Of a stretch of 64,000 nt of DNA, positions 37,792-50,944 are shown piece by piece. Location of the stretch: contig NC_042997.1 in assembly GCF_006345805.1 (NCBI RefSeq), positions 184,326,001 to 184,390,000 on the forward strand, written 5' to 3'. This stretch comes from Octopus sinensis (taxonomy: Eukaryota). The notes below the pieces were generated by a model. That model worked only from the letters and a program-made list of their open reading frames with translations. It searched no databases and was not told where the DNA came from. Each line of letters opens with the position of its first letter. Position 1 is the first letter of the stretch. The translations under genes and the position numbers were made by a program.

Positions 37792-38370
37792 TAAGGCGAC
37801 GAGCTGGCAGAAATGTTAGCACGCCGGGCGAAATGCTTAGCGGTATTTCGTCTGCCGCTACATTCTGAGTTCAAATTCCGCCGAGGTCGACTTTGCCTTT
37901 CATCCTTTCGGGGTCGATAAATTAAGTACCAGTTACGCACTGGGGTCGATGTATTCGACTTAATCCCTTTGTCTGTCCTTTTTTGTCCCCTTTATGTTTA
38001 GCTCCTTGTGGGTAATAAAGAAGTAGGTATTTCGTCTGCCGCTACGTTCTGAGTTCAAATTCCGCCGAGGTCGACTTTGTCTTTCATCCTTTCGGGGTCG
38101 ATGCATTAAGTACTAGTTACGTACTGGGGTCGATATAATCGACTTAATACCTATGTTTGTCCTTGTTTGTCCCTCTGTGTTTAACCCCTTGTGAGTAGTA
38201 AAGAAATAGGTATATCGTACGTCGCTACGTTCTGAGTTCAAATTCCGCCGAGCTCGACTTAGCCTTTCATCCTTTCGGGGTCGATGAAAAAAGTACCAGT
38301 CGAGTATTGGGGCTGATATAATCGACTATCTCCTTTTCCCTTGTGCCTATAGTAGAAAGGATTATTAATT
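37792..38370 (+). mobile_element. tRNA-derived SINE family B: one head plus about 3 tandem body units
   Basis: Head AAGGCGACGAGCTGGCAGAAATGTTAGC, then repeated about 180-bp units containing GTTCAAATTCC (B-box) and GCCTTTCATCCTTTCGGGGTCGAT. Confidence 0.88.
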
Positions 38371-39366
38371 TCCATGCAAGCATGTAGTGGGGCCCTTGTA
38401 CGGGAGTTCCAGGTTTTTAGGGGCATGGAACCACCTTTTACCCACAATGGTTCTCAGGTCTACTCTGACTCTGTCGAATAACGCCTCTTAAGATCACATC
38501 TATGCGTTAATTAGCGTATATTACCTAAGTTACCATCTCCCATCTATGCGTTAATTAGCATGTTACCTAAGTTACCTTCTCATGTCATACCTACTAATAA
38601 GCACCTGCTTTCCGGTTTTATGACGTATGTATTCCCTACCTGGACGGTCCATCGCAGGATTACTAATTTTTGCCTGCTGATGGACTGGAGCAACGCGAAC
38701 TGAAGTGCTTTGGTCAAGAACCGAAACCACAATCTTACAATCGTGAGGCCAACACCCTAACCTTTAAACCACACGCCTCTACAATTAGCATATTAGCCAT
38801 AGGGAGTAAAGGATCCTTAGTTGAAGTGCGGTTGGTTTCTGGTTGTCTCAACTTATGTTGAGCAAGTGGTTCTATAGTAAATTTCCCTGAAAGGTGGGTT
38901 TAGTGCAAAACTTCTTTCAATCAACGGAGGACTCGGAACGCATGCAAGGACTTACTGAGTTTAGGGAGTGGTCTTACTCAGTCACCAGTTGACTATCTCT
39001 CTCTCTCCCTCCCCTCCCCCTCTCCCCTTCCCCCTCTACTCCCTCCCCTTCCCCATCTATCTCACTCCTCTCCACATCTCTACTCCTCCCCCTCTCCCCT
39101 TCTCACTTCCTCTCCCCATCCCACACCTCTTTCCCCCCACTCTCACAACTTCCCCCTTCACCCCCTCTCTCTTACACACGCGCGCACACACACACACACA
39201 CAAAAACACAGAATGAAGTCAAGCCAAGTAAGACTATTTTAAATACATTTAATACGTGCGTTTCAGATAACTGTACAATAGATAAAAAAAAAAGAGGATT
39301 TCAATCCCTTTCGCAAAATCTTCCTTTTAGTTTAGTCATATCGTTAGTTGGTTTGACTTTATCATC

Positions 39367-39768
39367 AGGAGTGGCTGTGTGGTAAGTAGCTTGCTAACCA
39401 ACCACATGGTTCCGGGTTCAGTCCCACTGCGTGGCATCTTGGCCAAGTGTCTTCTGCTATAGCCCCGGGCCAACCAATGCCTTGTGAGTGGATTTGATAG
39501 ACGGAAACTGAAAGAAGCCTGTCGTATATATGTATATATATATATAAGTGTGTGTGTATATGTGTGTGTGTGTCTGTGTTTGTCCCCCTAGCATTGCTTG
39601 ACAACCGATGCTGGTGTGTTTACGTCCCCGTCACTTAGCGGTTCGGCAAAAGAGACCGATAGAATAAGTACTGGGCTTGCAAAGAATAAGTCCCGGGGTC
39701 GATTTGCTCGACTAAAGGCGGTGCTCCAGCATGGCCACAGTCAAATGACTGAAACAAGTAAAAGAGTA
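39367..39768 (+). mobile_element. SINE family A, full length
   Basis: AGGAGTGGCTGTGTGGTAAGTAGC...GGGTTCAGTCCCACTGCGTGGCATCTTGG...ACAAGTAAAAGAGTA. Confidence 0.92.
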
Positions 39769-40117
39769 TACATCATATCATTCTATATCTGTACAAGCTA
39801 ACTAGTTTTTTAACTCCACTCACACGGATACAGTTACAAACAAACCCTCATACAAACAGCATGGACTAAAAATTCCTTAAGATACAACGAAATTGCAATA
39901 TTTTCACCATATTTCCCAGTCATGATTAGCAAAACGCAGAACCAGGAGACTATCATAACATTCTGTCTTATGCATTTCCCATTTTTTGTTATATATCTTT
40001 TACTACACCTTATGTGTATAGTTAATCCAAACATGAACAAAGAGAAAACAACAACGCGAGGACGTGGAACAAGTATAGTGTTATTGAACGGTCAGGAAAG
40101 GAAAGAAAGAAGGAGGA

Positions 40118-40150
40118 TTTAATGTTTCGAGCGGAGCTCTTCGTCAGAAA
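40118..40150 (-). ncRNA. Minimal hammerhead-like motif, canonical core, stem III decayed
   Basis: Minus strand reads TTT-CTGACGA-A-GAGC-TCC-GCTC-GAAAC-ATT-AAA. ACAT in place of ACGT fits a CpG transition. Confidence 0.5.
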
Positions 40151-40409
40151 CATAGAAAAAGGAAAGATCCAAGGAAGGGAAGACGGAAAAAGAAAATCGC
40201 CAACGATGCACACGCGGTCACACAAACACACACACACATATATATAATTATATATTATATATATATATATCTCGAACCCACAAGTGTGAACAAGAGAGAC
40301 AGAGCAAGGCAGAAACAAGGAAAATGCCACTTATATTTGAATACTATACAAATATTCCTTTAAGATAACATTTCTTTTAATTTTTCTAAATTTAATTATT
40401 TAATCGTTA

Positions 40410-40447
40410 CAGTTGAAAAGGTCTCAAAATGACTGAAACCGGTACTG
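40410..40447 (+). ncRNA. Minimal type I hammerhead-like motif with U3-A8 covariant core
   Basis: CAG-TTGAAAA-GGTC-TCAAAAT-GACT-GAAAC-CG-GTA-CTG: 3-bp stem I, 4-bp stem II, palindromic ACCGGT stem III and a GUA triplet. Confidence 0.62.
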
Positions 40448-40489
40448 AAATGTTCTTTATAAAATTATTTTAGCATTTTCTATTTTGAC

Positions 40490-40495
40490 TTATTT

Positions 40496-40544
<49 letters not shown>

Positions 40545-40672
40545 ATATATCTATATATATATATATATATATATTATATATGTATATATATATATATGTA
40601 TATATATATATGTATATATATATATGTATATATATATATGTATATGTATATATGTATATATATATATATATG

Positions 40673-40734
<62 letters not shown>

Positions 40735-40754
40735 GTAATATATATATATATATC

Positions 40755-40791
<37 letters not shown>

Positions 40792-40840
40792 GTATAAATA
40801 TATATATGTATATATAATATATATATATATATATAATATA

Positions 40841-40909
<69 letters not shown>

Positions 40910-40910
40910 A
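40490..40910. repeat. (TA)n microsatellite (representative of many in the window)
   Basis: Long alternating TA tract. Similar tracts lie at about 140, 490, 2420, 9690, 28200, 48780, 55800 and 62060. Confidence 0.95.
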
Positions 40911-41639
40911 TCACATGTCTGAATGCTATACACGATTAAAATAGTGAAAATAAAACCAGTCAGTCAGTGAGAGACGAGTTGGAAAGAAAATAGATAAAAC
41001 TCTACAACAGAGTGGGATTTTGAGAGGTAATGGTTAAAATAGCAGAGGCACGTAGAGAGAGGGAATGAAAAGAGAATGAAAGAGATAAAAAGACAAAGAG
41101 AGAGAAAGATAGATTGAGGTAGATAGATAGATACAGAGAAAGAGAGAGAAAGAGAGAGAGAGAGAGAAAAGGATTTGTGTATGATATCATCGTAGTGTAT
41201 GTGTGTGTGTGTGACTGTATGTGTGTGTTTGTGTGTGTGAAGTCGTGAGGAAACGGCGAGAAGAGGTGGATGTTAATTGAGAGAAAAATAATGAAGTATG
41301 CCAGTGAATGAGACAAAGAATAATGAAGGAGATTGAGTGAAGATGTTAAAAAAAGCAAAAAAAATTCCAAACAGGAGACACAGATAATGTTGTCGAAGTT
41401 ACGTGATGCCTGAAGATAAAACAGTAAAGACACGGCGCGTGCAGCTTTCATCACAGTTTAACCCAGTCACCGATGCATCTAGTCTAAATGACATTATGAT
41501 CACAATAATCATGATGATGCTGACGATGATTATCATCATTAACAACAACGACGACAGCAACTCCATCCCTCCACCATCATCAACAACATCTATCGTACTG
41601 TGGAGCTAACGAACCTGCACTGGTGGATTGCCCCATCGC

Positions 41640-42003
41640 AAGAGAACAGCTCGGTTCTTCCAACCGTATGTGTACAGCAGACAAGAAGAGGTTATAACAG
41701 CACAGCTCCCATGACTTCAGGAGACATTTTTTTCACGCTGAGAGTTGCTGAAGCATGGAACAAACTGACGGCATCAGTTGTTAGTTGTCGGAGCACTGCA
41801 TCCTTCAAAACTTCCATGCTTCCTGAGATTCGCCAACACTACACTTGATTTTCTCCCCTCCATAGACACACAAGCATGTATCTGACTCATACATTGTTCG
41901 CTTTCCAGACATTTCTACATTACTGCATGTACTTTATATGCACTTTCTGACAAGTTGTGGTGCACCTGAGCACTGTATACAATAATTTCATTATTATTAT
42001 TAT
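41640..42003 (+). mobile_element. CR1-group LINE 3' fragment
   Basis: FFTLRVAEAWNKLTASVVSCRSTASFK (ORF 41600) matches the CR1 ORF2 C-terminal pattern RV...WN.LP..VV...S...FK. A 3' UTR ending in (ATT)n follows. Confidence 0.8.
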
Positions 42004-42397
42004 AATAAAGAAAGGAATAAGGACAGAATTAGAGAATGTGAGGCAGATGGTGAAAGTGATGAAAGGAAAGAATGAGCATAAATGAGCACCTATATGGTCA
42101 CGCTTTCTGCCAGAAATAGTAGCCAAATGCCCCTCATACCACGCAGTACAGTCTTGTTATAAGTAGGGTTGACCTGAGGCCAGTGATAACAAAAGCAACT
42201 AAAATACGCCTGGTTAGAAGAAGGTTAAAAAGTACATGAGTGCGCGCGCGCGTGTGTGTGTATGTATGTAACTGCTAGATTAAAGGCATGTGTTACTACT
42301 TGAGTTATCAGGATGTTATGGTTGCCCTGAGAAGGCTACATGTTGGTTAATTCACACACATATACACACACATGCACACGCGCACTCGCACGCATAT

Positions 42398-42451
<54 letters not shown>

Positions 42452-44799
42452 TAGAGATAGAGATAGAGATAGAGACAAAGATGAAGAAAGGAAGAGCAAG
42501 AGTTTGATAAAAACGGAAAACAGGGAATGGCGAGGCAGAGGTGCGTTGCTCATTCTTCAATTCTAGTCAATGTTAAAGAATCAATTAATTACTTATGTTC
42601 TACTCCATTGTGTGAAATTTCACCGAATTATAGATTTCTATGCAGAAGAATTCTATTTTCCGTGGTAATGAAGCGAATAAGCAACAAAATAAAGTTTCAT
42701 TTTCCAAGAGGCCTTCATGCATTAGTCTCAGAAATTTCAATAGTTTCGACTGAATGAGTATTAGAACAAATTAAAAAATAATTAGACTTAGTGTAGACAC
42801 TGTAATACGAATGCAGTGACCCTGTGGTAAAGATCGCTAATGTCTGAAGCATTTAAAGAGTAGATTTATCGGTTGATCGAGTGACGGTTTGTCTCCTATC
42901 AAACCCCGTCGCTGCGCTGTATTCATCAAAGTGGCATATAATTCTCAATGGTTCAAGCAGATTAAGCATAAATATTTATTATGAGTACAAACAACTTGGT
43001 TCTTTGAGAAATATTGGTGTTCTATAACTGACGAGGGGCAAGAGCACCGATAGCTTGCTGTTAGGGGCTCGAATATTCATAATGTTTAGACTCAACTAGC
43101 TGTCTATAAGCGAACACGGTCAACGACAATTGTCTTGATTCCCACCATTAGCTATGTCTCACATCACCAATGCTCCTGTGAAAAGCATGAAGCTAAAAAA
43201 AACATATTTCCTTAGAAATCTCGAACATTATGCCTTCCCAAAGTACTCAAATGGAGAAAAACTTATCATCTGGTTAGATGACTTGCCCGGACATTCCGAT
43301 CGAGTGATGCGACATGGATGTCTAGCTTGAGTTTTAGTCACGTCGGTCTATCGCTTGCTGAAATATCTCAACTGTGCACGCCACGATCATAGATGATAGT
43401 AATAATTTGCTAACTGAACTGGTTGATCTTGGCCATTGACAGTTTGTTGTATGTTCATCCGCTCAGCGCCTAGTGGTGTTTGCTATTGATTCAATAAGAT
43501 TTAGTTGTAGAAAGAGTTCACATTCACCACGCTGGAGTCCATAATTTCAACGTATTTTAGACGGGTGGTTACATATTATTTAACTCATAGCTAGGACACT
43601 GACAGACGCTACTATTCTGAGTCAGAGTGGACCTGGGAACATCAGCGGCTAAGAGGTGGTTTCACACTCCACGAAACCATGGAACTCCCGAACCAGGGCC
43701 CCATGACCGGAAAGTCATACCCAGGACTGAATATACTATACCACAAAGTTATAGTAAACTGTATTAAAAACTGACATCCCTTAAATCTGGTAAAGCCAGA
43801 GCATGGCAGCAGCCTGTCAAATATAATTTCTTTCATTCACTGGCTAAGACGCTGGCCTATCTCTGGCATCATTCCTTAAACATCTGAACATCTGAAACTT
43901 ACTTCTGACAACCGACGTCGTTGTTTAATCCGTGGCCTACCCTGACAAAACAGATCTATGCTCAAACACATCTATCATCAAGGCCGTGCCATGCCTTCTC
44001 TTCTTGCATCATTCTTTTCAAGGTTAAAAGATGAGAATTGAGGAAGGTTTGGCTGCTATTTCTAGCAGGTGCCTCTGTTTGGTTCATTTTAGGAAAGGCT
44101 GGATTATTAGATGTAAAGCTTTGTCTTAATAGACAACGGAACGATTGATGCAACGAAATGACGATTTGAACGTAAGTTCTTCGATGTGATGGACATCAAA
44201 TCATCCGTTTTGCTTCTCATTTGCTTCACATTCGCTTCTAGGTCGACTTTACCTTTCATCATTTCGGAGCCGATAAATTAAGTATCAAGTGAGTATTGGG
44301 GGTCGATGTAATCAACTATCCTCCTTCCCCCAATTTCAGGCCTTGTGCCTAGATCAGAAAGGATTTTATAGTGACATTTTGGTATCGCGGTGTTATTATA
44401 GCAATGATTTACCGTTAATAAAGCACCGGGAACAATAATTGTAAGGATATGAAGGTTGAAGTCAATCGTTTATAATCAAAATTATATCTGAATACTTTCA
44501 CATTTACTGATAATTATAATGTCTGAGAGTTCCTAACATCAGTTGCCATGTAAACAGCAGTAATGATCACCTAGGAGCAACTCACGATGTTCTACATATG
44601 TCAACGTTTGAAATATAAATCATTACTATGTAATTTTCTTATGATTTTGCTGTGAAAGTAGAATCGCATCTAGATTTTGAAAACTTTCTAGCATTTTAAT
44701 AATTTTGGTTTTTTTAAACAATAATAAAATTCCGCGTAGTTTTGTGGTAGTAAAAATCATTTTTTCGCAACAACGATAGTAATAATTATAATAATAATA

Positions 44800-44866
<67 letters not shown>

Positions 44867-45164
44867 AATAATAATATACATACATACTTACACACACTTA
44901 AACACGCACACAAATGCACACACACACATACACACACACACAGAGCGAAAGAGCTATTTTGGTAATCTAATAAGACACTAAACTATAAAATTCACTTTAG
45001 ATGCATTATATGAAATAAATGTAGAGTGAATTTTAGAGTTTTATGTGTTATTAAATGGCTAGAATGGTTTATTTTTTCTGCCGTGCAATAGCTTCAGTTC
45101 AACACACGGTCTCAGACAGTTATTTGCTAGATAAGTACAGCTCATATACATAAATAAACAGCAG

Positions 45165-45356
45165 TGTGTAATGTTTTACCAAAAAGGAAAGCTATAATTG
45201 TCACTAAATATGGCTAGGGTGTTAGGAACACCTACGTATGTTTTGACTACATCATTAGAGCATTTTAGCTCTTATTTCTAGCAATGTAGGTGTTCCTAAC
45301 ACCCTAGCCATATTTAGTGACAATTATAGCTTTCCTTTTTGGTAAAACATTACACA
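45165..45356. repeat. Perfect 71-bp inverted repeat with 50-bp spacer
   Basis: 45165-45235 and 45286-45356 were compared base by base with no mismatch found. Confidence 0.93.
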
Positions 45357-45391
45357 TCGCTCGGAAACACCGATCGAACCAGTTGAGCCAG

Positions 45392-45444
45392 TCCTTACTG
45401 ATGAGGCAGCGGAAATTGCCGAAATTGATCTGTCAGTATAGAGA
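45392..45444 (+). ncRNA. Type I hammerhead-like motif with canonical CUGAUGA core
   Basis: TCCTTA-CTGATGA-GGCAG-CGGAAA-TTGCC-GAAA-TTGA-TCTG-TCA-GTA-TAGAGA: 5-bp stem II, 5-bp stem III with tetraloop and a GUA triplet; stem I pairs at 5 of 6 positions. Confidence 0.6.
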
Positions 45445-45515
45445 ATTCTCAATTGATGTTTTCGGACGATTATAGTCCCTATCAGTATATATATATCAGT
45501 ATATATATGTATATA

Positions 45516-45592
<77 letters not shown>

Positions 45593-45614
45593 CACACACA
45601 CCACATTAGTATTG

Positions 45615-45653
<39 letters not shown>

Positions 45654-46059
45654 CGTGTATGTGTGTGTGTGCGCGCGCGCGTTTTGCAACTACACGTATG
45701 TGATGTGTATGTGAGTGAATTACTAAAGAGTATAAGTGTCTTAATTGAAGTTCCAGTCAAAGACAAGTAAAGAATATATTACGTCTGCAATCACAAATCT
45801 CTCAATGGTGCAGTTAATGTTTTCACTATTTGGACGAAGGTTTTGATTGTTTTACGGACTCTCAAATATTCATTTATCCATTCGAATTTGCAGAGCTTTC
45901 ACACCCAAAATTTTACTTTCTTCTATATCTGTCTATGTATAGAACGTTGAATGTATTCATTTTGCAAATTACCTGCCCCTGCCATCTCTTCGACTAGCGC
46001 GTTAGCTACAATATTTGTTGACCTCTTTTTGCAGTTTACTAGTCAAGGGTAACTTAATG

Positions 46060-46297
46060 TTTATGTTGAACAGCTTGGCAATAACTGACGAGACTCGAGA
46101 CTCTCAATGCAAATGAGAACACTTCCAGCTTATAACTTTAGGTCATCCATGTAGCAAAGGTTGTGGATGAGCCTATTTTAAGTTTATGCTGAACTGCTTG
46201 GCAATAACTGACGAGAGTCGAGACTCTCAATACAAGTGAGATCACTTCTAGCTTATAACTTTAGGTCATCCATGTAGCAAAAGTTGTGGATGAGCCT
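46060..46297. repeat. Tandem duplication, period about 123 bp
   Basis: TTTATG(T/C)TGAAC(A/T)GCTTGGCAATAACTGACGAG...GTGGATGAGCCT occurs at 46060 and 46183. Confidence 0.9.
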
Positions 46298-47489
46298 GGT
46301 TCTTTCTCTACTTATGTAGATCATTAAATTACATTCTATAATTAGCCAACTGAGAAGGAAGCCTTACATAATAAAGAAATCGTAGATACAACCACCTTGG
46401 AATATTTAATTAGATACTCCGTGAGACTGTGATTATAGCCATGATATTTTATAAAACGGCTGAAGGCTTCAGAAAGTTTATTCTTTATTGTTCGTTTAAT
46501 GGTCCTCACCTTTGTGTCATCGAATTTGCGCGAATTAATGAGCTGGGATTAGCACAAAGAATTTCCGTAATCAAACCAGAGTTAATAAATTCTTTTTGTG
46601 TATTTCGCAGCAACCATCTAATTAGGATTTTGTTAATAGGACTAGCGCATACACTGCGCCTGCTCTAAATGATTTGTTGGATTATAATTTAAAGAGAAAT
46701 TTTTAGATGACCGTCAGACTAGCAATTCGTTTGTTGATATTGACAATAATGTCCTTCAAGTAAGGAGCTATCTAATTACTCTTTTCGGATTATCTTGTGG
46801 TGTGTTCATTTAATGTTGTTTGTGCAGTATTTGAAAAGACAATCACTAATAATTTTGAATGTGTTCAATGACAGAAATTTGCCAGTTCTGAAGCATTACA
46901 GATCAATCAAGTGAACTATAATGTTTAAGAAAGATGGCTTTTCTGCAATATAATAGTATTGATTCTAGACATGTAGTTCCTTGCCTTAAGAAAAATTGGC
47001 ACTTTTCCTTTTTATAGCTGGCATGTTTTAAATCTTATCAAGAGAAAAAAAAAACCATGAACATTACGCAAAAAGAAAACATTGATGACTGAACAAAACG
47101 CCAATGATATCTTGCTTATAAATGTTTTTAACTTTTCGCCATTCCTATATGTCGGTCATTTTGAAATTTGAATGTTGATTGCCATCGAATTGAATTCGAA
47201 ATTTGATGGAATGCTGCCAGGATAATATATCGCTTACCAAAGCAAAGAACTTGCGAAAGTTTCCGATTAACTCACTTGGCCGGGGAATTTCTCAAAGAGT
47301 TGTGTAATTTCATTTATTTTACCAAAATATTCACTTAAAAAGCAATTTTCTTCAATTCAAATGTCGATAGAAACTAAGTATTAGATTAAAGTTTTATAGT
47401 CAGCCATTGCTTAGATACAGACGCACATACACAAACTCTTGCAGTGGTGCATAGATATAAGATGCACGTGTTTGCATGTATATATGACA

Positions 47490-47757
47490 CTCCGTCGCTT
47501 ACGACGATGATGGTTTCAGTTGATCGGAGTAACGGAAAAGCCTGCTCATGAAATTAACGTGCATGTGGTTGAGCACACCACAGATACGTGTATCCTTAAC
47601 ATGGTTCTCAGGGTGATTCATTTTTGCCAGCTGAGTGGACTGGAGCATCGTGAAATAAAGTGTCTTGCTCAAGGACACAACGCGTCGCCGGGAATTGAAC
47701 TTACGACCTTATGATCATGAGCCGAATACCCCTAACCGTTCAGCCAAGCGCCTTCAC
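47490..47757 (-). mobile_element. tRNA-derived SINE (additional family)
   Basis: Minus strand reads GAAGGCGCTTGGCTGAACGGTTAGG...AGTTCAATTCCCGG...GTGTCCTTGAGCAAGACACTTTATTTCAC. Confidence 0.75.
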
Positions 47758-47919
47758 GCATATGCATATAAAGCTATACAATATAGAGATGTACATGGCT
47801 TTACACGCATGAACAAGTACACAAGCAAGCACACTCGCACACACACATATATGAATGCACAGATACACAAATATAAGTATATGCAAATACGCGCTGATAC
47901 ATACATTCATATATATATA

Positions 47920-48117
47920 CTCTTTACTCTTTTACTTGTTTCAGTCAGTTGACTGCGGCCATGCTGGAGCACCGCCTTTAGTCAACTTATTCTTTGTAAG
48001 CCCAGTACTTATTCTATCGGTCTCTTTTGCCGAACAGCTAAGTGACGGGGACATAAACACACCAGCACCGGTTGTCAAGCAAAGCTAGGGGGACAAACAC
48101 AGACACACAAACATACA

Positions 48118-48165
<48 letters not shown>

Positions 48166-48329
48166 TACGACGGGCTTCTTTCAGTTCCGTCTACCAAATC
48201 CACTCACAAGGCTTTGGTCGGCCTGAGGCTATAGTAGAAGACACTTGCCCAAGGTGCCACGCAGTGGGACTGAATCCGGAACCATGTGGTTGGTAAGCAA
48301 GCTACTTACCACACAGCCACTCTTGCGCC

Positions 48330-48330
<1 letters not shown>
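47920..48330 (-). mobile_element. SINE family A, full length
   Basis: Same head, body and tail as the 39367 copy, in reverse orientation. Confidence 0.9.
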
Positions 48331-48426
<96 letters not shown>

Positions 48427-48794
48427 TAAATGACAGATAGAGAGACAGCGAGCGAGCGAGAAAGAGAAAGAGCATTCGCTAAGCGAATGTTAAGAACTCT
48501 GATGTCGTATTTTGTTGGGTTTAATAATCTAATGTATGAAATTATTCACATAGTCTTTAAGATTAAAATACGGTCGTTTACTTGTAATCGGTTCTGCGTT
48601 GGCGTCAATTTCTAGATCATTTGGCTTTAGGAGCATGAATGTCGTTGTCATTCGGAATCTTCCTAACTTTTTCTGCACTCATTTGAAAACTAATTTAATA
48701 AAGGTCTGTGGTATGTACATTTATCAAATATATTCCAGTATAAATTAAAAGCTAAAACGCTATATGTGTGCTTGTATGCACATGTGTATGTGTG

Positions 48795-48832
<38 letters not shown>

Positions 48833-48955
48833 CACACATATATATATATATATAGATAGATATATACATATATACATACATATAAATATATATATGTACA
48901 TACATATATACATACATATAAATATATATGTATATATATATATACACATACATAT

Positions 48956-49027
<72 letters not shown>

Positions 49028-49103
49028 CATATATGTGTGTGTGTGTGTGTATGTATATGTATGTGTGTATATATATATATATACATATATATTTATATGT
49101 ATG

Positions 49104-49158
<55 letters not shown>

Positions 49159-49618
49159 ATTATTAATATTGGGGAAGTTATTTCCGAGAGTCCACAGGGA
49201 GAGAAATTCAATTTAGTGTTACTAAAATGAATTTCTCGCTGTATGTATATATATATATATGTATACCAGAGTAAACACATAAATGTGAAACAAGGTGGAA
49301 AAAAGAGTACTCAAATACCAAAAATTGTCCGACGAACGGGAACGTGAAACTCAGAGTAATAGGTTTTGTTGAATTTTCTGCTGCTTTTAAATTAAGTATA
49401 TATATATATATTTACGCACACATATATATGCGCATAAATAAACGTTTGTAAGTATGTATGTGTTTATGTTTGTGTTTGTCCGTGTGCGTGCATGGTTGTA
49501 TACATTTATATCTAGGTAGTGTATAAATTAATGTCATGACATGACATAATTAAAGATTGAAGCAATAAAGACATGGAGAATATAGACAATTAAGTTGACC
49601 CTATTGGCACTTGTTTAA

Positions 49619-50039
49619 CTCTTTAGCATTGAGACTGGCCATATCCGGCCAAAATCTTCCCTCAGGTTTATGTTCAGACTGGCAAGATCTGGCTTCTCTA
49701 AAAATATACAATCACATAATCGAAATCTCAAAGCTACAGGATAATGCATGATTAACCCTTTAGTGTTTAAACCGGCCATATCAGGCCAAAATTGTCTTCC
49801 TGTTATATGCTCAAACCAGCCAGCTCTAACCTCTCACACCTACCCTACAAAGTCATTCTAAAAATAAACAGGGACATCATCAAAATCTCAGAGTTACAAG
49901 ATGCTGAACAATTAATTTAAAACAATGTAATTAAACAGGCTTTACATTTGACAGAGTAACCTGAATGCTAAAGGGTTAATTATAAACAGCGTGATTAAAC
50001 AAGCATTACATGTGACCGAATAGTCTGAATGTTAAAGGG
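49619..50039. mobile_element. TTAA-flanked MITE (piggyBac-like ends) with a related copy nested at 49756-49975
   Basis: Outer element: TTAA-CTCTTTAGCATT...AATGTTAAAGGG-TTAA. Inner element: TTAA-CCCTTTAGTGTT...AATGCTAAAGGG-TTAA. Confidence 0.8.
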
Positions 50040-50242
50040 TTAAATAAAGTCATGTGGGTGAATCTCAAAATCAACCTCCAAATATCGAAAACGTAGGTCT
50101 ACACGCGAGGCATTTTATCTGGCACCGTATTCTTCTTGTCCTACCTACCTATTAAGAATATTGATCTCTCACATTGGAACAAAATCAGACTTATTTAGTA
50201 AAGGACATATTCTGTTAAATCAACCCTATGAATGAATGATAT

Positions 50243-50543
50243 GGAGGCAAATGGCCTAGTGGATAGCACAGCGGGCTCGCGGTCGAGGGCTCGCGGATCC
50301 GAATCTCAGACCGGGCGATGTGTGTGTTTATGAGCGAAACACCTAAGCTCCACGCGGCTCCGGCAGAAGGTAATGACGAACTTCTGCTGACTTTTTCGCC
50401 ACAACTTTCTCTCACTCTTTCCTCCTGCACCTTGCACCTCACCTGGGACGGACCGGCGTCCTGTCCAGGTGGGGACCCTATACGCCAAGGAAACCGGGAA
50501 ACCAGCCCTTATGAGCCAGACATGGCTTGAGAAGGAACAAACA
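50243..50543 (+). mobile_element. tRNA-derived SINE family C with 14-bp TSD
   Basis: Head GGAGGCAAATGGCCTAGTGG. ATGAATGAATGATA occurs at 50228-50241 and 50544-50557. Confidence 0.88.
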
Positions 50544-50944
50544 ATGAATGAATGATACGTTATTTATGCAGACCCTGCGTAAGATTAGTTTGTATTTTAT
50601 CGATTTCAGAAGAGAAAAAAATGTAAAATCGACCCAAAGGGTATTTGAACTTTGAAATGCTTTTCTTTTTAATAAATATCAATCACTTCACTACCTGTGG
50701 GGATTAGAAACAAAAAAGAAGAGAAAATGAAAAACATGTTTGGATACAATAGCCAATAGTCTCAAGTTAAAGAGTTGTTCCTAAAACAGGCCCATTATGT
50801 AGGAGTTAAATTATAAATAAATAATGTCATACGAATTTACAAACTTCGAGAGACGAGGAATAATTCAATTTTAACTGTGGGACATTGTTTTATTGAAAGG
50901 TTTTTCACTCAATACCATTATGTTATTATTTATAGCCTTTCTGT

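Noticed and set aside
37792-38345. Regularly spaced about 180-bp repeats that might suggest a CRISPR-like or satellite array
   Set aside because: The units are whole SINE bodies with no unique spacers, in a eukaryotic context with no cas genes.
39367-39440. tRNA-like sequences with A and B boxes (also about 37795, 47700 and 50245)
   Set aside because: They are SINE heads continuing into conserved SINE bodies and do not form complete cloverleaves.
43028-43062. CTGACGA-GGGGC-AAGA-GCACC-GATAG, hammerhead-like
   Set aside because: GAAA is broken, and no convincing stem III, NUH triplet or stem I can be drawn.
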